Below are positions 58,403 to 64,000 of a DNA stretch of 64,000 nucleotides, piece by piece. Position 1 is the first letter of the stretch; every line of letters starts with the position of its first letter. The notes below the pieces were generated by a model. That model ran no database searches. It was not told the origin of the DNA and was given only the letters and a program-made list of their open reading frames with translations. The stretch is from a virus: the IMG/VR virus record IMGVR_UViG_3300005274_000001, positions 32,001-96,000 of that record. One strand, given 5' to 3'. The position numbers were made by a program, and so were the translations under genes.

Positions 58403-58933
58403 GTGAAATAATACTCTTTTTGTGTTTAATGAGATTAAGAATTTTTTTGTGTTTCTTTTTATCTCATTGCTAATAACGAAAGCGTTTATTTCTTTGTAGT
58501 ACTTATAAGCGAACCTAGCGTCCTCATTAAAGTCTGCAACAAAAAGAATTAAGTCTTCTAGGTAATAAGAATTCACGATGTAGTTTTTTATTGTCTTGTA
58601 ATCTTCCTTTGTCTTTATGTAATAGAAGTCAAAAACTTCTTCAACTTCAATGAATTTTTTATACGCCTTATACAAAGGCAAAGGATTTTGCAGGAAGTAA
58701 AAAAACAAATATCTAGAAAAAGTTTCTAAATAGTTAGTACTAAAACGATATCTTTCAAACTCTGAAATCCTTTTTATAGACTTGTATTGTTTAACAAAAG
58801 CGAACTCTCTTAGTATCTTTTTTCTTATAGGACTTATGTCAAAGATAATCCTGTCAATAAAGTAAACGCTTCGAGCGTTTCTCTTAAAAGCTTCGCTTGC
58901 TCTTAGAATTGGAAACGATAGATTAGTGTTCAC
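58370..58933 (-). CDS. Hypothetical protein, possibly EVF-family
   Basis: 187 aa, ends KKFF; extended -10 TGcTATAGT. Confidence 0.65.
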   Translation of the reverse strand: MNTNLSFPILRASEAFKRNARSVYFIDRIIFDISPIRKKILREFAFVKQYKSIKRISEFERYRFSTNYLETFSRYLFFYFLQNPLPLYKAYKKFIEVEEVFDFYYIKTKEDYKTIKNYIVNSYYLEDLILFVADFNEDARFAYKYYKEINAFVISNEIKRNTKKFLISLNTKRVLFHSRHYWAKKFF

Positions 58934-59004
58934 TCTTTATTCACTATAGCACAAGACCTTTATATCGTCCTGCACGCAAAAATTGATATTTTAAAAGCGA
59001 AACC

Positions 59005-59231
59005 TTGATTTTTGGTCAAAATTGAGGGTTTTATTTTCTTATATCGATTTTCCTATAGGCGAAATAAAACTTTAGGTGGTGTGAAAATAAAAATCTTTGA
59101 ATTTTGCGCAAAATTGAAGGTTTTAAAATTTCATAAGGTTTTGCCATAGGCAAAATAAAAAACTGAAAGAACAAAAAACTAAAATCTTTGATTTTTGGGC
59201 GAAATTAAAAGTTTTAAGATTTTATAAGGTT
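59005..59231. repeat. AT-rich ~91-bp imperfect tandem repeat (~2.5 copies)
   Basis: TTGA.TTTTG..C.AAATT.A..GTTTT...TATAGGC/CATAGGC.AAATAAAA recurring at ~59005, 59097, 59188. Confidence 0.7.
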
Positions 59232-60836
59232 TTATAAGGGGTCAGATAAAACATAAACAAAATTTCCAGCAGTAGGAACTTTCATATAGCCATTAGCTTT
59301 CATGATTTCGCTTTCAGATAAATTTTCGTCAAAGAAATTTATTTCGTATTTATTTTCTTTGTAGTAGTCTTTTAACTTATGTTTTTGAAAAAGTTCTCTA
59401 GGATAAAGCTCTCTTCTGTTCTTTGTATAAAAGTATCCAGGTTTTGTTATCCCAATTCTTTTAAATCCAAGTTTCTCGTAAACCTTGCCACTAGAATACA
59501 TAAGGTCAGCATAAGAGATTAAGTTTTTAGGAGAGAAGTGTTTTATTATCTTTCCTAATGCGCCAACAACAAGCGTGTTTTTCTTTGAGGCAAATCTTAT
59601 TAGCTCCCAAGAAAAGTTTTCGTTGTATCTAGGTTTTGCAAAAGAAGCTGCTGCTACGAGTTCATCATCGTAATACAAACCAAAAGCGTACTTAAAGCTT
59701 GCACCTCCAGAGATGTGATTTTCTTCAAAAAATTCGTTTGCAGTAGTGTAGTCAACTTCTTCAATTCTTGTCTTCCTAGCAAAAATTCTTCTTTCAAAAA
59801 GTCCCAGCTTTGCTTTTACTAGCGATTTGACGATATCTAGTTTTTGGTAAATAATAGGTTCGTAGAAGAATAGAACATCAATTCCTTTATCAAGGAATAA
59901 CAATTTTTTCTTTTGCAGATGATTAAAAGGCTTCTTTTCTTCTGAGTGCCAATAAGTTCCGTTAAGCTCTATAGCTAGATTTTTGGCTGGAATAAAAAAG
60001 TCTAATTCTAGTTCATCTCTATAACGAAACTCATAAGGAAAAGAGATGTCTTTTAAAACTTCATTTTCAAAAAATTCTTCAAGCGTGCTTTTCTTTATTC
60101 TGCAACTAGGACAAGAGGTAACGTTGTATTGAATTAGAGAATTCAGGTGATATTCAAAGACATTTCCACAAGAACAAAGAAGAGTAACTTTAGAACGCAT
60201 TTTGTAATCTTTAGGCAAGATTTTTAAGTTGGCGCTAGTTAAAAAGTCTTCTACTTTTTGCTTTACTCCTACTTGCTTTTCAATTCTTCTTTTAATCTTT
60301 TCTTCTTTTTCATCTATTTTTCTTTTCTTCTCCTCCACCAAAAAGGAAAACCTTTCTTTCTTCTTGAGATAGACATCTCTCAGCGTTGAATACTTCAATC
60401 GCCAAATTTCTTGGTTTTTATAAGTAAGAGAAAACTCTAAACTAGACAAATCTAAAACAGCCTCAATTGAGTAATTTTTTTCTGCTTCTTCTACAAGATG
60501 CAAAATTTGCGGCAAATGAATAAAAAACTTCATGCTATTCAAAAATTCAAAAAACGCCTCCTCAAAAGAAATTTCTTCAAAATTTTCTACAAGTCTATAG
60601 TGCCTCTTTGTTTCCAGGTTATAAACTAAGCTCTTTCTAGCCTTATGAGGATGTGTAGCTTTTCTATAGAGAGAAGAATATGGAACAAGAAATTTGTCTT
60701 CTTTATAAAAAACAACTACGCCATCCTTAGAAAATTTTTTCTCAAAATTTTCAACAAAAGAAAGCATTTTGTCAAATCTTTTCTTCGCTTGAAGAACTTT
60801 TTTGTTTTCAATTTGGTCAGGTAGGACAATTCTCAT
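59232..60836 (-). CDS. Hef-like free-standing homing endonuclease (Zn ribbon + PD-(D/E)xK/Vsr-like domain)
   Basis: CSCG...CPSC, ELDFFIPAKNLAIELNGTYWH, RIFARKT..FFEENHISG, WELIRFA, SYADL..G..YEKLGF. Confidence 0.75.
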   Translation of the reverse strand: MRIVLPDQIENKKVLQAKKRFDKMLSFVENFEKKFSKDGVVVFYKEDKFLVPYSSLYRKATHPHKARKSLVYNLETKRHYRLVENFEEISFEEAFFEFLNSMKFFIHLPQILHLVEEAEKNYSIEAVLDLSSLEFSLTYKNQEIWRLKYSTLRDVYLKKKERFSFLVEEKKRKIDEKEEKIKRRIEKQVGVKQKVEDFLTSANLKILPKDYKMRSKVTLLCSCGNVFEYHLNSLIQYNVTSCPSCRIKKSTLEEFFENEVLKDISFPYEFRYRDELELDFFIPAKNLAIELNGTYWHSEEKKPFNHLQKKKLLFLDKGIDVLFFYEPIIYQKLDIVKSLVKAKLGLFERRIFARKTRIEEVDYTTANEFFEENHISGGASFKYAFGLYYDDELVAAASFAKPRYNENFSWELIRFASKKNTLVVGALGKIIKHFSPKNLISYADLMYSSGKVYEKLGFKRIGITKPGYFYTKNRRELYPRELFQKHKLKDYYKENKYEINFFDENLSESEIMKANGYMKVPTAGNFVYVLSDPL

Positions 60837-60861
60837 GGCACTAGTATAACAAAAAAAATTT

Positions 60862-60938
60862 TGGTGGGGCGTGTAGGACTCGAACCTACAACCTACCGGT
60901 TATGAGCCGGCTGCTCTCACCAGTTGAGCTAACGCCCC
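60862..60938 (-). tRNA. tRNA with CAT anticodon (elongator Met or, more likely, Ile2)
   Basis: 77 nt cloverleaf GGGGCGT/ACGCCCC-A-CCA, loop CT-CAT-AA, GGTTCGAGTCC; paired 1-72 so not fMet. Confidence 0.92.
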
Positions 60939-60950
60939 ACGATTATTATT

Positions 60951-61027
60951 TGGCGAGGGGTGCAGGACTCGAACCTGCAACCTAGGGCTTAGAAGGCCCT
61001 TGCTCTGTCCTGTTGAGCTAACCCCTC
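60951..61027 (-). tRNA. tRNA-Arg(TCT)
   Basis: 77 nt cloverleaf GAGGGGT/ACCCCTC-G-CCA, loop CT-TCT-AA. Confidence 0.95.
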
Positions 61028-61039
61028 AAACACAAGTCT

Positions 61040-61068
61040 AGTATAGCACACCTTCACAAGTCTGTCAA
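61040..61068 (-). promoter_or_regulatory. sigma70 promoter for tRNA operon
   Basis: TTGACA-17-TATACT with TG extension. Confidence 0.85.
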
Positions 61069-61616
61069 GCCTGTGTGTCAGGCTCTAAGACTACCTCTTC
61101 AACAATTTCGCCCAATAAAACTTCATAAAATTTAGAGAATTCCTTATAACCGGGCGCACGAACTTTTAGTGTCATTCCTAGTCTAGCAATGTCTTCAATT
61201 ACAATAACTTCGCCCTCTTGAATGTTGTATTCAACAAGATTTTCACCTTCTTGTCTTTGCATTGAGCACCTAGCGAAAACAGGATTACCTTGTTGATCTT
61301 TAATGATTAGCGTCAGTTTAAAATTAGTCTTTATTTGTCCACCAAGAACGCCATAGATACCAGCCTCTAGCATCTTACCTATAGTACAAGTATCAACACC
61401 AAGGTCTTCTTTTGTGAGCTGCATTAAAACAAAAACAGGTTCTCCTTCTATGACTACATTACCCGTTTCTAATGTATACCACTTACCTTCTTTATAAAAA
61501 CCGTCAGCGTATTCAATTATTACTCTTAAAGATTCTGTTGCAAAATCTCTTTCTATGTGAAAGCTTTTGTGTCTTCTCTCTATTTTTGTTTGAACCTCTC
61601 CTATCTCTAAAGGCAT
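61065..61616 (-). CDS. Hypothetical late protein with C-terminal PEGA/Ig-like strand pattern
   Basis: 183 aa; LKVRAPGY; TAAAAT-6nt-ATG leaderless start. Confidence 0.7.
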   Translation of the reverse strand: MPLEIGEVQTKIERRHKSFHIERDFATESLRVIIEYADGFYKEGKWYTLETGNVVIEGEPVFVLMQLTKEDLGVDTCTIGKMLEAGIYGVLGGQIKTNFKLTLIIKDQQGNPVFARCSMQRQEGENLVEYNIQEGEVIVIEDIARLGMTLKVRAPGYKEFSKFYEVLLGEIVEEVVLEPDTQA

Positions 61617-61791
61617 AATTATATTTTACAACAAAACCTTTTTGTGGTATGATGTGTGTATGGAAATTTACTACAAGCTAAAAGGTAAATTTGATTTTGG
61701 GTATTTTATTAAGATTAAGTTTGATGCAAAAAATTTGTTTTTTGTTAGCGCAACAAATCTTGAAGAAAAATTTTGCGAAATAAAAAACACT

Positions 61792-64000
61792 CTACTTCTT
61801 GATAATATTCAAATTTCTTATAAACTCCTCTAAAGGAACTGAAGAAATACTTCCTTCTACAATAATCACATGTGTTCCTCTAACTCCAGAAGATGTTTGT
61901 AAAGAAGGTGTTGTAGTAGTAGTAGACGAAGCAATAGAAACACTAGAAGAAGTAGTAGTTGAAGGAATGTTTTCAATATTTCTTCTCATTTCATCAATGA
62001 TTCTCTTTGATTCGGGGCTTAGATTGAGATACTTGTAAAGAAAATCAGTTCCTCCTTCTATAGCTTCAGATGTTAGATTTATTATTCCTTTTCCTAGGGG
62101 CTCACTAAGTTTTAGTGTGATTGCAGCTAGAGTAGTGATGTTTTTATTTAGACTTACGACTGCTTGAGAGTTTTCTTTAAAAGTGTCAATAAGAAGTTGG
62201 AAAGAAGAATTTAATACATCTAATTGCTTAGCGAAAACTTCATCTGGTGTCTTTGTAGTTGGCATTCCTTTTCCTAGCTCTGTTTCTACAATCCTTCTAG
62301 CTCTTGTAATATCACCAGTAATAGAAGCTGCGATTAGTGTTCTAAACACTTCTGGAGAAATGTTAGTAAGACCTAAGACTTGCTGCATTATAGGAATTAA
62401 AAAATTCTCTGCTTGCGCTGTAAATCTTCCTCCAGTAAACTGACTAACTAATCCAGTTTCTATAGAAAGTCTTCTTAAAACTTGAATTAAGTTTTCAGGA
62501 GTAGCACCTCTTTGTAAATCTAAAGGCGTTAAGCCTGCACGAATACCAATTCCTAAAGCTATAGGATTTCCACTTAAGCCGCTTCTAATAAATTCGTTAA
62601 AAGTAGAAACAGCTTGTTGAACTATTTCAGGATTTCTTTCAGCTAATCTAGCGATTTGATAATTTGAAAAATTGCGCAAAACAGTTTGCGCTGCTAAGAA
62701 AGTATTAAAGTAATCATAAGGATTCAATCCTTGTCTAATAGCAATTGAAGTAGAAGCGTTAATCAAAGCTTCACTAAAAGCTTTAGTAAACGCTGAATAC
62801 TCACTTCCTACTAAGAAAGCTCCTCTTATTGCTCTTCTTTCATCTATTAACGCTCTTCTAGAAGTAGCTACAAGATTAACAGCCTCAGCTATAGATGTGC
62901 CAAATAAGTTTGCTACTCTAGCGCTATTTAATAAAGCAGAAGAAAAATTATCTACACTTCTACTTAATCCGCCGATAGATGCAAATAATCTAGCTGATGT
63001 ACCTAGATATTCTTCAGGTGAAAATCCTTGATTTACAGGAAATACTCTTCCTCCAAAAGTAAATTGTCTAGAAACACTAGCTACATCTCCTCCTAACTGC
63101 TCACGAATTTGCTGAGGAAGAAGTCTTATTTGTGTAAAGCGACTATAAAAAGTATCATAAGCTTTATTTACGCTCTGCAAATAGAAATCAGTAAGAAACG
63201 CTGCTGAACCTGCTAGAACACCTGCGCCTACACTAGCTGCTGATGTAGCTATGTTTCTTCCTACTATATTGTTAGCAGATAAAGAAGCTGCTATACCTAG
63301 TGAACCTACTGAAGTTGCTGCTAAGTTTGTAGCAATAGAAAATTGATTTAGATTTTTTGAGGCTTCAAAAATATATTGTTTAACTTCTTCTCTTTCTCTA
63401 GGAGGAAAAAGTCTATCTAAAAGTAAATTAGTTCCTACACCTGCTGCTACGCCAAGTATAGGATTAAAAATTCCTGCGATAGCGCTTACTGCGAAAGATG
63501 CACCTGTTTTTAAGATATTTTCAATAGTAAAAGTTCTTCTTAATCCTTCACCTAAATCTCCAGCTTCTAAAGTATTTAGAACAGCGTCTAAGCCTATGCC
63601 AAATAAAGCACCTGTTGCACCTACTCTTAAACCTCTAGAAAGGTTTGTAGGAGTTCTACTAGTAGTAGGTCTATTCGTAGGAACAGGTGTAGGAGTCCTG
63701 TTAGTAGGAGGAGGTGTTGTTGTAGGAATTCTATTTAGAGGAGGAAAGTTTCTAGCTAACAAATTATCTACTGCGTTAAATACATTTGTGCCTATTAGGA
63801 AACCTTGTCTAAGTGAAGAAGCAAATATATCTACAAAAGGATTTCTTGTTGTTGAAAAAATGTAATCGAATTCTCTAAATGAGAAATTTTTTAATGCGCT
63901 AAAAAGTTCTCTTAGTTCTTTGTTTGCTTCGTTTCTTATCTTTAATTCTTCTGCGTATAGTTGTGTTAGAGATTTGAGGTAGTTAAATCTTTCTTCTTGA
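61792..64000 (-). CDS. Probable tape measure protein, 5'-truncated by window
   Basis: Frame open to window edge (no stop 63763-64000); Ala/Gly-rich helical and hydrophobic segments. Confidence 0.6.
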   Translation of the reverse strand, partial: QEERFNYLKSLTQLYAEELKIRNEANKELRELFSALKNFSFREFDYIFSTTRNPFVDIFASSLRQGFLIGTNVFNAVDNLLARNFPPLNRIPTTTPPPTNRTPTPVPTNRPTTSRTPTNLSRGLRVGATGALFGIGLDAVLNTLEAGDLGEGLRRTFTIENILKTGASFAVSAIAGIFNPILGVAAGVGTNLLLDRLFPPREREEVKQYIFEASKNLNQFSIATNLAATSVGSLGIAASLSANNIVGRNIATSAASVGAGVLAGSAAFLTDFYLQSVNKAYDTFYSRFTQIRLLPQQIREQLGGDVASVSRQFTFGGRVFPVNQGFSPEEYLGTSARLFASIGGLSRSVDNFSSALLNSARVANLFGTSIAEAVNLVATSRRALIDERRAIRGAFLVGSEYSAFTKAFSEALINASTSIAIRQGLNPYDYFNTFLAAQTVLRNFSNYQIARLAERNPEIVQQAVSTFNEFIRSGLSGNPIALGIGIRAGLTPLDLQRGATPENLIQVLRRLSIETGLVSQFTGGRFTAQAENFLIPIMQQVLGLTNISPEVFRTLIAASITGDITRARRIVETELGKGMPTTKTPDEVFAKQLDVLNSSFQLLIDTFKENSQAVVSLNKNITTLAAITLKLSEPLGKGIINLTSEAIEGGTDFLYKYLNLSPESKRIIDEMRRNIENIPSTTTSSSVSIASSTTTTTPSLQTSSGVRGTHVIIVEGSISSVPLEEFIRNLNIIKK

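Noticed and set aside
32228-58933. C-terminal Phe as BamA beta-signal (outer-membrane proteins)
   Set aside because: No signal peptides; proteins are charged alpha/beta-like and do not show a barrel-like strand pattern

Overview
AT-rich segment of a large lytic myovirus, with almost all genes on the - strand. From memory, the gene order and sequences resemble Thermus phages of the phiYS40/TMA type; this is an inference to confirm by BLAST. 1-28.7 kb is a late/virion block: putative head-completion genes, major capsid protein, prohead protease/scaffold, three ~1500-1770 aa putative internal proteins (zincin metallopeptidase, acidic protein, SNF2 helicase) and four ~600 aa Cys-conserved paralogs. 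A 212-bp ORF-less IS200/IS605 (TnpB omegaRNA-type) element sits among those paralogs. 28.7-59 kb is an early/host-takeover region with ~27 consensus sigma70 promoters, terminators and two dispersed repeat families. It also holds a MoxR-type AAA ATPase plus vWA/metallopeptidase pair, a 3D-domain protein, a deaminase and a RuvC-like nuclease. Its most striking feature is an array of ~30 divergent 130-250 aa proteins that nearly all end in a C-terminal [E/D]-x-F tail. 59-64 kb holds a Hef-like homing endonuclease, tRNA(CAT), tRNA-Arg(TCT) and the 3' part of a probable tape measure gene. Best candidates for an undescribed system: the EVF-tail protein array (possibly with the AAA/vWA machine), the orphan omegaRNA mini-IS, and an N-terminal module shared by the three giant proteins.
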